Below, one piece after another: positions 1-10,257 of a stretch of DNA of 64,000 bases. Below the pieces are notes generated by a model that worked only from the letters and a program-made list of their open reading frames with translations, was not told the origin of the DNA and made no database searches. The translations under genes and the position numbers were made by a program. Source of the stretch: Longimicrobiales bacterium (GTDB taxonomy: Bacteria; Gemmatimonadota; Gemmatimonadetes; Longimicrobiales; Gaopeijiaceae); the NCBI GenBank assembly GCA_965202805.1, contig OZ241869.1:3168001-3232000 (forward strand), read 5' to 3'. Each line of letters starts with the position of its first letter. Position 1 is the stretch's first letter.

Positions 1-1
1 G

Positions 2-598
2 GTGGCGCGCGGCGAGGGCGCCATCCTGGTCACCGGACACATCGGCAACTGGGAGGTGGGGGGCGGGGCGCTCGCGTGCCGCGGCCTTCCGCTGGACGTG
101 GTGGTGCGCTCCCAGAACAACCCGCTCTTCGACCGTGCGCTGGTGCAGGCCCGCCGGCGACTGGGCATGAACGTGGTGTCGCGCGACGACTCGGTGCACG
201 TCCTGCTCCGCCTGCTCCGCAAGGGCCGGGTCGTCGTGCTGCTCGCCGACCAGAATGCCCACGCGGGCGGCCTCATGGTGGACTTCTTCGGCGAAGCGGC
301 CTCGACCGCCCGCGGCGCTGCCCTGCTCTCACTCCGCAGCGGCGCCCCCCTGGTGCTGGGCGTGGCCCTCCACCATCCGGCCGCCCCCGTTCCCCATCAC
401 CTCGTCCTCGAACAGGTCTCCATTCCGCCGAGCGGTGTGCCGGCCCGGGACGTGGAAGCGCTGACGCGAGCGCACGTCGCCGCCCTCGAGCGCTGGGTGC
501 GGCGCTATCCGGGCCAGTATCTGTGGCAACACCGCCGGTGGCCCCGCGCGCGAGCCGCCGGCCGGACGCTGGAACCGTCCCCACGCGGTCAGGTATAA
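2..598 (+). CDS. Lysophospholipid / lipid A lauroyl acyltransferase family (LpxL-like), 5'-truncated by window edge
   Basis: GHIGNWE acyltransferase motif, LADQ, C-terminal PGQYLWQHRRW. Confidence 0.85.
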   Translation: MARGEGAILVTGHIGNWEVGGGALACRGLPLDVVVRSQNNPLFDRALVQARRRLGMNVVSRDDSVHVLLRLLRKGRVVVLLADQNAHAGGLMVDFFGEAASTARGAALLSLRSGAPLVLGVALHHPAAPVPHHLVLEQVSIPPSGVPARDVEALTRAHVAALERWVRRYPGQYLWQHRRWPRARAAGRTLEPSPRGQV

Positions 599-646
599 GC
601 GCCAGCCTGTTGTTCCAACCGCCTGCGGTCCCATTCGGCCCCGATC

Positions 647-1435
647 TTGCAGCGCCGAGCAGACGTACACGGGCCCACGGAGTCCAGCTTGGTCTACATC
701 TGCATACCCGCCCGAAACGAAGAGAACACCATCGGCGTGCTTCTCTGGAAGATCCGTCAGGTCATGGCCGGCTTCGGGCGCGACTACGAGATTCTGGTGC
801 TCGACGACGGCTCCAGCGACGACACGCGCTCGCTGCTGTCGAGCTACCGGCGCGTCGTACCGCTCGTGGTCCTCTACGGGAAAAGGCGAATGGGGTATTC
901 GGGGGCAACGGAAGAGCTGCTGCGCCAGGCCGCGCGCCGGGCCGAGTATCCGAAGCGGGACGTTGCGGTGACCCTCCAGGCCGACTTCAGCGACGACCCC
1001 GCCGGCATCGTGCCCCTCATGAAGACCATCGAAGGGGGCGCGGACATCGTGAGCGTCGCCTGCGCCGGGGAGCCGCCCGGCCTGACCCGTTCCGCCCGCT
1101 TCACCCGCTGGCTCGGGCACCGCTGGCTGCGCAGGGCGCTCAGATCGGCGCCGGTGTCGGATCCGTTCGGGGGCTTCCGGGCGTATCGTGTCGTGGTGCT
1201 CCGGAAGATGTTTGCCGAAGCAGGAGAGGAGGGATTCGGGCTCGCGGAAGGCTGGGCCGGCAACCTGGAGTTGCTCGGGCGCGCGTTTCCCCACGCCCGC
1301 GCGGTCGCCGAGGCCGTGGTCGAGGCACCCCGCAACCGGCGGGTGCGGCGATCGCGCTTCCGGGCGTGGCGCACACTGCGGGGCCTTGGCCGGGCCCGCG
1401 GCCGGGTGACCTTTGCCGCGGCGCAGGGATCATGA
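647..1435 (+). CDS. Glycosyltransferase family 2 protein (true start may be slightly downstream)
   Basis: CIPARNEE, VLDDGSSDDT, QADFSDDP GT2 motifs. Confidence 0.8.
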   Translation: MQRRADVHGPTESSLVYICIPARNEENTIGVLLWKIRQVMAGFGRDYEILVLDDGSSDDTRSLLSSYRRVVPLVVLYGKRRMGYSGATEELLRQAARRAEYPKRDVAVTLQADFSDDPAGIVPLMKTIEGGADIVSVACAGEPPGLTRSARFTRWLGHRWLRRALRSAPVSDPFGGFRAYRVVVLRKMFAEAGEEGFGLAEGWAGNLELLGRAFPHARAVAEAVVEAPRNRRVRRSRFRAWRTLRGLGRARGRVTFAAAQGS

Positions 1436-2271
1436 CCCGCGCGATCGGCCTCGTCGCGCTCGCGCTGGGACTCGCCGCGATCCCGGCGGCCCACGCCCGC
1501 GCGCAGGCGCCGGCGCCCTGGGTGAAGCCGGCGGAACCCCTCGCAGCCCCCGTGCCGTTCGAAGTGGGCGAGTTCCTGGAGTACAAGGTCAAGCTGGGGA
1601 TCCTCAACGCCGGAGAAGGATCGCTCGAGGTCGCCGCCATCGAAGCGGTGCGGGGAACCCCGGCCTACCGTGCCGTCATGCGCATCGACGGCGGCGTGCT
1701 GTTCGCGCGCGTGCGCGACGTGTTCCAGACCTGGTTCGACACCCGCACGCTGACCAGCCTCCGCTTCATCCAGGACCAGAACGAAGTCGGGTCGAAGCGC
1801 TATCGACATTACGAGATGTTCCCGGAGCGCGGGGTCTGGGAACGCAGGGACGACGAGGAAGTGGGCGACCTGCCCACATCCCTGCCCCTCGATGACATCT
1901 CCTTCGTCTACTTCATCCGCACGCTGCCGCTGGAAGTGGGCGACGTCTACACCTTCAACAGGTACTTCAAGGACACCGGCAACCCGGTCATCGTGCGGGT
2001 GCTGCGCAAGGAGGAGAAGGAAGTCCCCGCGGGCATCTTCAAGACGATCGTGGTGCAGCCCATCATCCGCACCCGGGGACTCTTCGGCCAGGGCGGCCGG
2101 GCCGAACTGTACTTCAGCGACGACGACCGCCGGGCGCTCGTGTACATGAGGTCGAGCATCCCGATCGTCGGCAGCCTCACCCTGCACCTCACCAGCCCGC
2201 CCGCCTGGCAGCCCCAGCCCGGGGACACCACCGGCGAAAGCGAAACCACGGACACTCCACCGCCTCCCTGA
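1432..2271 (+). CDS. Secreted DUF3108-like protein
   Basis: ATG overlapping upstream stop (ATGA), signal peptide MTRAIGLVALALG, PFEVGEFLEY and VPAGIFKT patterns. Confidence 0.7.
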   Translation: MTRAIGLVALALGLAAIPAAHARAQAPAPWVKPAEPLAAPVPFEVGEFLEYKVKLGILNAGEGSLEVAAIEAVRGTPAYRAVMRIDGGVLFARVRDVFQTWFDTRTLTSLRFIQDQNEVGSKRYRHYEMFPERGVWERRDDEEVGDLPTSLPLDDISFVYFIRTLPLEVGDVYTFNRYFKDTGNPVIVRVLRKEEKEVPAGIFKTIVVQPIIRTRGLFGQGGRAELYFSDDDRRALVYMRSSIPIVGSLTLHLTSPPAWQPQPGDTTGESETTDTPPPP

Positions 2272-2427
2272 GGGGAGGTCCGCGCGCCGATGCCGGTCAG
2301 CGGCGGTCGGCGTTGCGAACCCGTCTGGAGCCCCGGTTCCCCGAGGGTCGCGCGCACGGTCCCGCGCGACTCCCGCCGGCCCCCGCCGGCATGCCGCAGG
2401 CCCCCGGTTTGTTGTGACCGTCGCACT

Positions 2428-2445
2428 GTATTACAGTCGTAATAC
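2428..2445. promoter_or_regulatory. Probable TA operator, inverted repeat GTATTAC-agtc-GTAATAC
   Basis: Perfect 7-bp arms in AT-rich patch about 35 bp upstream of antitoxin ATG. Confidence 0.55.
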
Positions 2446-2479
2446 GGGTTCCTTCCCTCTGGCCGGGGACAGTTTCTGG

Positions 2480-2743
2480 ATGGCGATTCGGACCGTGCGA
2501 CTCGGGGAGGAAGGGGAGACGACACTGGCCGATCTGCGCGAGCGGACCGGCCTGTCCATTTCGGAGGTGATCCGGCAGGCGCTGCGCACCCTTGCGGCAG
2601 AGCTGGACAGCGAGGCCGCCCGCCGCCCGTACGACGTCTACAGGAACATCGCCCTGCCTCGATCCGGCGGGTACGCCCTGGCGCCCTCCTCCCGGGCGAA
2701 GCAGGCAGTGGTGTTCGTGATCCGACGGAGGCACGCATCGTGA
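2480..2743 (+). CDS. CopG/ribbon-helix-helix antitoxin (VapB-like)
   Basis: Short protein RTVRL...TGLSISEVIRQAL, overlaps PIN gene by 4 nt. Confidence 0.7.
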   Translation: MAIRTVRLGEEGETTLADLRERTGLSISEVIRQALRTLAAELDSEAARRPYDVYRNIALPRSGGYALAPSSRAKQAVVFVIRRRHAS

Positions 2744-3162
2744 TTCTGGTCGACACCGGACCGCTGGTGGCCCTCTTCACTCCCGCCGACGACTACCATC
2801 GGCACTGCGTCTCGGTTCTGGAGTCGATGAACGAGGAACTGGTGACGACGGCGCCGGTCCTCACGGAGGCGGTCCATCTGCTGCGCCCGGGAAGTCAGGG
2901 TCCTCCCAGGCTCGTTGAGTTCGTGCGGCAAGGGGGGCTCCGGGTTCTGCCGATGGACGACGAGAGCCTGCTGCGCGCCTTCCGGTTCATGGACCGGTAC
3001 TCGGACATGGCGATGGACTTCGCCGACGCCTCCATCGTCGCCACGGCGGAGAGTCTCAGGATCCACAGGGTGTTCACCCTGGACCGGCGGCGCTTCGCCC
3101 TGTACCGCGTGAAGCGCGGCCACCGCCGCGTACCCCTTTCGTTCGCAGAGCCCGCCGGATAA
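2740..3162 (+). CDS. PIN-domain toxin (VapC-like)
   Basis: ILVDTG, VLTE, DFADASIV, TLD acidic PIN motifs. Confidence 0.88.
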   Translation: MILVDTGPLVALFTPADDYHRHCVSVLESMNEELVTTAPVLTEAVHLLRPGSQGPPRLVEFVRQGGLRVLPMDDESLLRAFRFMDRYSDMAMDFADASIVATAESLRIHRVFTLDRRRFALYRVKRGHRRVPLSFAEPAG

Positions 3163-3171
3163 AGCGCCGCA

Positions 3172-4923
3172 GTGTCGAAGAAGCCGTCAACGGGGCGCCG
3201 GCTCCGGGTCGAGACGCCCGAGCACGTCCGACTGGACTACGAGCTGGCCGACGTGGGCTCGCGGCTGGCGGCCCTGCTGATCGACATGGCGATCATCGTG
3301 GGCGGCCTGCTCCTGCTCGCGATGGCCTACGCGCTGCTGCGGGGCGGGGGAATGTCGCTGGGCGAGAGTCTCGCCGCGAGCGTGCTGGTGCTCGGCTTCT
3401 TCGTGCTGCAGTGGGGATATTTCCTGCTGTTCGAGCTGCTGCGCGACGGCCAGACCCCCGGAAAACGTGCGCTCCGTCTGCGAGTGCTCCACTCCACCGG
3501 CCAGCCCCTCTCGGTGCGGGGCTCGGTAATCCGCAACGTGCTGCGCATCGTCGACTTCCAGCCGGCCATGACGGGCGTGCTCGGAGGGGGAGTGATCATG
3601 CTCACAGGCCGATCGCAGCGGCTGGGCGACCTGGCCGCCGACACCATCGTGGTGCGGGATGGCGACGCGGGCGACATGGCCTGGCCCGAAGCCTCGCCCG
3701 TCCCGGCCGCCGGCCGCCCGCTCCTCTCGGCCGGGCAGTTCGAGCTGCTGAGCGACTATCGCCGCCGGCGGGAGGACCTCGCGCACGAGGCGATGCACTC
3801 CGTTGCGAGCGCGGTACTGCAGGCGATCCGTCCGGCCGTCGAGGGGCATTCGCTTCTCGGAACGGTGTCGGCTGACGAGTTCCTGGTGCGGCTGTACGAC
3901 GAGGAGGAACCGCGCCGCGCGGCGGCCGGCGGTGTGTGGGGACTGCAGGCGGCCGCACTGGTGCGGGAGCAGCGAGAGGAATGGGCCCGCTACGGCGAGT
4001 TGCTGCGCGAGAGTCGCAGGGGCGGTCTCGGGCGGCTTCCGGAGAGGGAGCTGGGATCCTTCGGCCGCCTGTACCGCGGGATGACCGCCGATCTGGCCCG
4101 CGCCCGCACCTACGGTGCTCCGGCGTCCGTGCTGCGCAGCCTCGAACGCTGGACCGGAGCCGGCCACAATCTCCTCTACCGGGTCACCGGGGAGTCCATC
4201 GTGTCGGTGCGCCGCTGGATGACATCCGGATTTCCGAAGGCGGTGAGGACCCACCACCGGCCCATCCTGCTCGCGGTCCTGTTGCTCTTCGGCCCCCTGG
4301 GCATCTCGTACGGCCTCGTGCGATCGAACCCGGTTCTGGCCCGCTACATGACCTCGTCGGCCATGCTGGAACGGGCGGAGTCGACCCCCGGGGGGGACAT
4401 CGACGCCGAATACGTCGACATCCCCGGCACGCTCATGCCGCTGGCCTCGACGAGCCTCATCACCAACAACGTGCAGGTTGCCCTGCTGGCCTTCGCGGGC
4501 GGCGTTCTGGCGGGATCGCTGACGGTGCTGCTGCTGGTCTTCAACGGCGTGCATCTGGGCACCGTGCTGGGGCTGTACGCGAACGAGGGGCTGTTGGGGG
4601 TCATTCTCGCGTTCGTGTTCCCGCACGGCTTCATGGAGCTCACCGCGATCTGTCTGGCGGGCGGCGCCGGGCTGTGGCTCGGTTCCGCCGTCCTGGTTCC
4701 TGGTCGCCGCACACGCCGGGCGGCGCTGCAGGCGCGAGGCCGGGAAGCGCTCTCCATCCTGGCGGGGGTGGTCGGGTTGCTCGTGATCGCGGGGATCGTA
4801 GAGGGCTTCTATTCCCCGTCGGGCCTGCCGGCGGCCGCGAAGTTCACCTTCGGCGCCGCCACCGCGGTGCTGCTGGCGGTCTACTTCGCGGCGGGCGGGC
4901 GGGGGAAGGCGGGTCGGGCATAG
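3172..4923 (+). CDS. RDD domain + SpoIIM (DUF95) fusion membrane protein
   Basis: N-terminal RLAALLID / GQTPGK / QRLGDLAA (RDD); C-terminal NNVQVA, FNG, PHGFMEL, AGIVEG (SpoIIM). Confidence 0.82.
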   Translation: MSKKPSTGRRLRVETPEHVRLDYELADVGSRLAALLIDMAIIVGGLLLLAMAYALLRGGGMSLGESLAASVLVLGFFVLQWGYFLLFELLRDGQTPGKRALRLRVLHSTGQPLSVRGSVIRNVLRIVDFQPAMTGVLGGGVIMLTGRSQRLGDLAADTIVVRDGDAGDMAWPEASPVPAAGRPLLSAGQFELLSDYRRRREDLAHEAMHSVASAVLQAIRPAVEGHSLLGTVSADEFLVRLYDEEEPRRAAAGGVWGLQAAALVREQREEWARYGELLRESRRGGLGRLPERELGSFGRLYRGMTADLARARTYGAPASVLRSLERWTGAGHNLLYRVTGESIVSVRRWMTSGFPKAVRTHHRPILLAVLLLFGPLGISYGLVRSNPVLARYMTSSAMLERAESTPGGDIDAEYVDIPGTLMPLASTSLITNNVQVALLAFAGGVLAGSLTVLLLVFNGVHLGTVLGLYANEGLLGVILAFVFPHGFMELTAICLAGGAGLWLGSAVLVPGRRTRRAALQARGREALSILAGVVGLLVIAGIVEGFYSPSGLPAAAKFTFGAATAVLLAVYFAAGGRGKAGRA

Positions 4924-4972
4924 AGGATCCGGGAGCGACGGCGAATGCCCTTGGGCTTGCGTCCCCGGGCTG

Positions 4973-6319
4973 CTACAGCAGCCCCCGCTCCTTGACCTCG
5001 ATGTACTTGTCGAGCGTGGCCGCGAGCGTCCGGGATGGCGGCACGTCCACCACGAGGATCCCGGAACGCCTCATGGCCCGGAGCGCGAGCGCACGCGCCT
5101 GCACCAGCTCGGCCGCGGCCGCCCGGCGGAAGGCGTCGGCGTCGGTTCTCACCACCCGGCTTGCCGCTTCCTCCAGGCCCGGGTTGCCGATGGTCACGGC
5201 GAGCGGGATGTGCGCGCGCGCGACCCGGCCCAGCGAGCGCACCAGCGCCCGCGAGACGGTCTCGTCGATCACGTCGGAGAAGAGCACCACCAGCGAGCGC
5301 TTGCTGAAGGTTCGCCCCAGCGTCGCCATGGCCAGGGGATAGTTGGGCTCCACCCGGCGGGTCTCGACACCGGTGAGCGTCTCCGCGAGGCGGGAAAGGT
5401 CCACCCGCCTCGGCGCCGACAGGTGGCGGATGCGCTCGTCGAAGACCATCACCCCGAGTCGGTCGCCGTAGGCCTGCGCGCGGCTGGCCAGCAGCATGCA
5501 GGCGGCCAGCGCGATGTCGGCCCGCTCGCGGTCCAGGATGGTCTCGCGCATGTGACGGCCCGCGTCGATGGCGAGAACGACGTGCTGCCCGCGCTCCGCC
5601 TGATGGTTGCGCACCACGAAGTGCCGGTGCCTGGCGGAAGCCTTCCAGTCGATGGTGCGCGGATCGTCTCCCTTCACGTACTCTCGCAGGCTCTCGAACT
5701 CGGTGCCCTCTGCGCGCATGCGCGTGCGCCGGGGTCCCATCTCGTGGAGGGGGCGGCGAAGGCTGTGCTTTCGGTTCCGCAGGAAGTCACGGATGCCCGG
5801 CTGAACGCGCACCACGTCGGACGCCGGCACGGTGACGCGCGTCCACGCCAGCCCGAGCGGGCCCAGCGCGCGCAGGTGCAGGTCGCCGAGTTCCAGGAAG
5901 CCGCGCGCACGCGGCCGGATCCGGTAGGACCGCGACACCGACCCGCCGGCCGGCACGGTCAGCCGCACGCCCGCGTTCCAGTCTTCGTCGCCCCGCCGGG
6001 GGCCGAGGCGCTCGAACCTGGCATCGATGTCGTCGGTGAGCATCACGCGGACCGCGCGCGGGGCGGGGTTGGCGACCTCGACGACCGCTTCCCGGAAGGC
6101 GCCCAGGGAGGCCATCTCGGGCGCCCGCCGCCTCGCCTCCGGGGCCCGCGTCCGGCGCGCGTCCATCAGGATCAACCCTCCGATGACCAGATCGACCAGA
6201 AGGGCGACCGGAACCGAGACCGCCAGCAGCGGCGAGGCGAGGGCGAGCAGCCAGAGGGCGCGCCGGCTCGGGAAGGCGCGGATGCGTCGTCGCTCGAATG
6301 CCGGGGGAAGTTCGTCCAC
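4973..6319 (-). CDS. DUF58 domain (vWA-like) protein
   Basis: EFESLREYVKGDDPRTIDWKASAR signature; adjacent to MoxR. Confidence 0.88.
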   Translation of the reverse strand: MDELPPAFERRRIRAFPSRRALWLLALASPLLAVSVPVALLVDLVIGGLILMDARRTRAPEARRRAPEMASLGAFREAVVEVANPAPRAVRVMLTDDIDARFERLGPRRGDEDWNAGVRLTVPAGGSVSRSYRIRPRARGFLELGDLHLRALGPLGLAWTRVTVPASDVVRVQPGIRDFLRNRKHSLRRPLHEMGPRRTRMRAEGTEFESLREYVKGDDPRTIDWKASARHRHFVVRNHQAERGQHVVLAIDAGRHMRETILDRERADIALAACMLLASRAQAYGDRLGVMVFDERIRHLSAPRRVDLSRLAETLTGVETRRVEPNYPLAMATLGRTFSKRSLVVLFSDVIDETVSRALVRSLGRVARAHIPLAVTIGNPGLEEAASRVVRTDADAFRRAAAAELVQARALALRAMRRSGILVVDVPPSRTLAATLDKYIEVKERGLL

Positions 6320-6325
6320 GGGCTG

Positions 6326-7273
6326 CTATCGGGGCGCGTCCAGGGTTTCGAGCAACGCTGCCACCTCGTCGTCGGAGGATCGTCCCTCCACCTCCGCCTC
6401 GGGGGTGAGGACCACCCGGTGGCGAAGGATCGGGAAGGAGAGCGCCTTCACGTCGTCCGGGATGGCGAAGTCCCGTCCGTTGAGCCAGGCCTCGGCCTTG
6501 GCAGCCTGCAGCAGGGCCACCCCGGCGCGCGGGCTCGCCCCCAGCGCGAAGACCGATTCCTCGCGCGTCGCGCGCACGATGTCGGTGATGTAGCGGCGGA
6601 TGCGCCGGTCCACGTGCATGCGGTTGACGGCATCGCGCATCGCCAGCAGCTCCTCCCGGGACACCGGATCGCCCAGCGGATAGGTGGCTTCGTCGTCCGC
6701 GCGGAAGCCGGCGTCGTGGCGGTCGAGGATGCGGCGTTCGGCCTCCTCGGAGGGATAGTCCACCGAGATCTTCATCAGGAAGCGGTCCACCTGAGCTTCC
6801 GGGAGCGGATAGGTGCCCTCGTACTCGACCGGGTTCTGGGTGGCGAACACGGTGAAGGCCTCCGGAAGCGGACGGGTTACCCCGTCCACCGTGACCTGCC
6901 GCTCCTCCATCGATTCGAGCAGCGCGGCCTGGGTCTTGGCGGGCGCCCGGTTGATCTCGTCGGCCAGCAGCAGATCGGCGAAGACGGGCCCGGGCCGCCA
7001 GGTGAAATCGCGTCCGGTGTCGTCCAGGACATTCACCCCCGTGAGATCGGTGGGCATCAGGTCCGGGGTGAACTGCACCCGGCCGAAGTCCAGGTTCAGC
7101 CCCCGGGCGAGCGCCCGCACGGCCAGCGTCTTCGCCGTTCCCGGTACGCCTTCGACGAGGGCGTGCCCGCGGGCGAGGAGGGTGATCGTCATCTGCCTGA
7201 GCATGGTGGCCTGGCCGAGCACGATCTGGTCGAGGGCGGCGAGCAGGCGAAGCGCCGGATCCGGCGAATTCAT
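6326..7273 (-). CDS. MoxR family AAA+ ATPase
   Basis: EGVPGTAKT Walker A, QFTPDLMP, LLADEINR, ATQNP, YPLPEAQVDRF. Confidence 0.93.
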   Translation of the reverse strand: MNSPDPALRLLAALDQIVLGQATMLRQMTITLLARGHALVEGVPGTAKTLAVRALARGLNLDFGRVQFTPDLMPTDLTGVNVLDDTGRDFTWRPGPVFADLLLADEINRAPAKTQAALLESMEERQVTVDGVTRPLPEAFTVFATQNPVEYEGTYPLPEAQVDRFLMKISVDYPSEEAERRILDRHDAGFRADDEATYPLGDPVSREELLAMRDAVNRMHVDRRIRRYITDIVRATREESVFALGASPRAGVALLQAAKAEAWLNGRDFAIPDDVKALSFPILRHRVVLTPEAEVEGRSSDDEVAALLETLDAPR

Positions 7274-8643
7274 GCGGACCTTCTCCTTCGGGTGTGGTTG
7301 TCGATGCCCCGCGCGACCTGAATCAGATCCACTGGACTGGCGGCGAGACCCCGGCGGATGAGCCGCAGAGCCCGGAGCCGCCCGGTCCGCTTCTCCAGGC
7401 GCGCCAGCAGCCGCTCGGCTTCCGCGAGGTCACGGGGAGGTGGGAGATGCGCGGCGCGGGCGAGTCGTCCGAGCATGAGGACGGCCGCCGTCTCGCGGGC
7501 CTGCGCGCTCTCGTATACGGCCGCGAGTGCCGTCACGTGTTCGAGCGCGGATCGTCCTGGTCCGCCGGCCGGGGCCAGCGGCGCCCCGAAGCGGAGCCCG
7601 GCGCAGAGGAATGCAAGAAGGACGACCGCACCCAGGTGAAGCGACGCCCGGCCGACGGGCGTGCCGATCAGGAAGTCCATGGTGGCGCGCGCGGGAGAGC
7701 GCGATGCCCCCAGCCCCTGGCTGAACTCGTCGAAAAAGACGGAATCCCCCGGGTTCGTCCAGGCGATGGCCGCGCGCACCGCGAGCACGGCCAGGGGCGC
7801 CTCGCCGGCGAAGCCGTTCGAGAGCGGTTGGGCGTCGGCGAAACTGATGATGCGCCCCTCGCGCAGGGGAATCGAGACGACGACCGCCCAGCGCTGGCCG
7901 GCCGAGTCGGGGGCGGAAAGAAGCAGGGGATCATGTGTCACGGGAGGAGGTCCCGGCCTTTCGCCCCCGTCCGCTTCGTCCTCCGCCTGGCCGCCCTCTT
8001 CGTTCTCGTCGGAGGCCGTGTCGGGCGCGATCACGTAGCGCGCCGCGCCGGCCGTCGGCAGCCCTGCGGTGAGGGGGTGGTCCCCGCTCCAGATCGGGCC
8101 GTCGTCGAGTTCCGGATCCGGCGGCGTGCCCGGTGCCTCTTCCCCGGCGTCCCCCTCTTCCGGGAGCGTGCGGCGCACCAGCCCAAGCGAGTCCAGGATG
8201 GGCGACGCGGGGCGAGGCGCGTGGATGAGGGTGCCCCCGCCTCGCACCCACTCCAGCAGCTCGTGGACCTCGCGCGGGCTCGGGCGCCGCACCGGCTGGA
8301 ACATGACCAGGGTCCCGCGCAGGGGCTCTGCGTCGACGAGCGGCGTCACCCGGGTCGCGGTGGGAGGTCCCAGGCGCGCGATCGCGCGATACAGCCCCGC
8401 GACCCCGTCGGGCGTGGCGCGCAGAGCGCTGCGGCGGACGTCCCCGGCGGTAGAGCCCGAGGGGCGCAGCGCGAACGCCGTCAGCGCGAGGAGCAGCGTG
8501 ACGACCGCGATCCCCGCCAGAACGCCCCATCCCGCTCCGGGGGAAGTGGACTCCCGCGTCGCCCGTTCTCGGCGCAAGGTCGTCCCCGCTCGTGGCCGAG
8601 CCCGCTCCGGGGTCACCTGCCCGCGCCCCGGCGCACGTCGCAC
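7270..8643 (-). CDS. DUF4350 domain membrane protein (start uncertain)
   Basis: N-terminal TM helix, WVRGGGTL, FDE motif, position in MoxR cluster. Confidence 0.65.
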   Translation of the reverse strand: MRRAPGRGQVTPERARPRAGTTLRRERATRESTSPGAGWGVLAGIAVVTLLLALTAFALRPSGSTAGDVRRSALRATPDGVAGLYRAIARLGPPTATRVTPLVDAEPLRGTLVMFQPVRRPSPREVHELLEWVRGGGTLIHAPRPASPILDSLGLVRRTLPEEGDAGEEAPGTPPDPELDDGPIWSGDHPLTAGLPTAGAARYVIAPDTASDENEEGGQAEDEADGGERPGPPPVTHDPLLLSAPDSAGQRWAVVVSIPLREGRIISFADAQPLSNGFAGEAPLAVLAVRAAIAWTNPGDSVFFDEFSQGLGASRSPARATMDFLIGTPVGRASLHLGAVVLLAFLCAGLRFGAPLAPAGGPGRSALEHVTALAAVYESAQARETAAVLMLGRLARAAHLPPPRDLAEAERLLARLEKRTGRLRALRLIRRGLAASPVDLIQVARGIDNHTRRRRSA

Positions 8644-9254
8644 CCCACCTGTCCGGCCAGGTGCTCGAGACCGCGGTATCCGGCGGAATCAGGGGTTTCC
8701 TGGCCGAACGCGAGTTCCTGAAAGGAGCGGATGAAGCGGGTGATGTCGGCCTTCTCGCGTTCGTCGACGATCCCGCCCCCCGCAGCCTCCAGCGCATACT
8801 CCCCGGGGGTCTTGGACGGGTGGAAATCCACCGCGCCCCGGCGCTCCAGGGTGAGGACGAAACCCTGATACAATGCGGTGGCGGCGCGGCGGTACTCGGA
8901 TGCCCGTGCTCTCCCCGCGGCGATGCGAAGCCAGTCCCGCGCCGTGCGGCGTTCGTCGGGCACCGCGTCCGGATCCCGGCGCGCCGATGGGGGATCCGTC
9001 TTCGGCAGCGACCGCAGAACTGCGAAGACGACGGCGCCGAGGCAGACGGTCGCGATGAGCACCGTCAGCAGTTCCTCCTGCGTTTCGGAAATCCCCGGGA
9101 ACATGCCGCGGACCCAGTCCCAGAACCGGATCCACAGCTCGGTGAGCACCCGTTTCAGCAACCCGCTTTCGAAGGCCCGAAAGTCCGGCTCACCGAGGAC
9201 GTCCGCGAGCGTTCGCGACACCTCCTCGGCGGAAGGCAGGTGCTCCTGGGACAC
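8613..9254 (-). CDS. DUF4129 domain protein
   Basis: TM helix then YRRA...SKTPGEY pattern; MoxR cluster context. Confidence 0.65.
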   Translation of the reverse strand: MSQEHLPSAEEVSRTLADVLGEPDFRAFESGLLKRVLTELWIRFWDWVRGMFPGISETQEELLTVLIATVCLGAVVFAVLRSLPKTDPPSARRDPDAVPDERRTARDWLRIAAGRARASEYRRAATALYQGFVLTLERRGAVDFHPSKTPGEYALEAAGGGIVDEREKADITRFIRSFQELAFGQETPDSAGYRGLEHLAGQVGCDVRRGAGR

Positions 9255-10142
9255 TCAGCCCGCCATCGCGCGTGCCGCGGCCTCGAGGTCCGTCCCTTCG
9301 CTCCGCGCCTTCAGGTCCGTGAAGAGCACCATGGCGCACGCCATCAACAGAGGTGTGGTCACGGACTGAAAGCCCAGCGCGACGGTCTGAATGACCCAGT
9401 ACCGGATCAGGCCGATGGTCTGCGCCGGATTGGCCGCGAACAGATCTCCCATCGAGCCCGCGAGGGAGTAGGCGGCCAGCCCGGGCATGAAGCCGATGAA
9501 CCAGGTCACGACGACGACGAAGAAGGTCCGCATGCGACTGCCACGCACCAGCCTGAAGGATCGGCGCAAACCGGAGAACGGCCCGCGCCCTTCGACCACG
9601 GTGGCGGGCACCAGCATGAAGGTGTGGGTCGCCCACCATCCCACGACCGCCACGCCCATGGCAAGCATCACGATTGCCGTGATGATGGCCCCCGCGACAG
9701 AGGCGCCGCGCGTTGCGAACGTAACGAGTCCTACCATGGGCAAGGTCACCACGACGATCACGGCGGCCAGCAGCAACAGGGCCAAAGACCCGGCGGCCAG
9801 CAGCCGGGGAAGGGCAGTGAGCGCCCGCGCGTAGCTGCTCCCGATCGAGGCCGGCGCGTCGCCCATCCGGGCGTCCATGGCCGTCGCGAGTGCCGCCCAG
9901 GTCAGCAGCGAGAACACCATGCCGACGGCCAGGAGTCCGAAGAACGGCAGCATCACGCCAGGGTCGGCCACGATGGCCTCCGGATCGATTTCGGACATGG
10001 TCGGGATCACCGTCGCCACCATTGCCGGCACCAGACCGACGAGGGCGAGCGGCATGTAGAGCCGATAGTCGCGCCGGAAGAGTCCGAAGCCGAGGTCGAG
10101 AACCTCCCCGAAATCCAGAGGTCGCAACGGGATCGCGGACAT
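9255..10142 (-). CDS. Multi-pass membrane protein of MoxR cluster
   Basis: LRPLDFGEVLD start, multiple TM helices, LRRSFRLVRG, DLKARSEGTDL end. Confidence 0.7.
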   Translation of the reverse strand: MSAIPLRPLDFGEVLDLGFGLFRRDYRLYMPLALVGLVPAMVATVIPTMSEIDPEAIVADPGVMLPFFGLLAVGMVFSLLTWAALATAMDARMGDAPASIGSSYARALTALPRLLAAGSLALLLLAAVIVVVTLPMVGLVTFATRGASVAGAIITAIVMLAMGVAVVGWWATHTFMLVPATVVEGRGPFSGLRRSFRLVRGSRMRTFFVVVVTWFIGFMPGLAAYSLAGSMGDLFAANPAQTIGLIRYWVIQTVALGFQSVTTPLLMACAMVLFTDLKARSEGTDLEAAARAMAG

Positions 10143-10257
10143 TGCCTGCTCCTGTGTGGTTCCTGCCTGCGCGCGAGGTCCGCGCAGGCCCTCGTCGGCC
10201 CCGCCGAATGAAACCCTTCGGGCAATTCCGGGCAAGGAACGGCGTTGGAGCTCTGCG

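Noticed and set aside
76..1431. N-terminal 450 codons of the 731-aa ORF
   Set aside because: Arg/Pro/Gly-rich shadow frame over two recognisable genes; the real protein starts at 1432.
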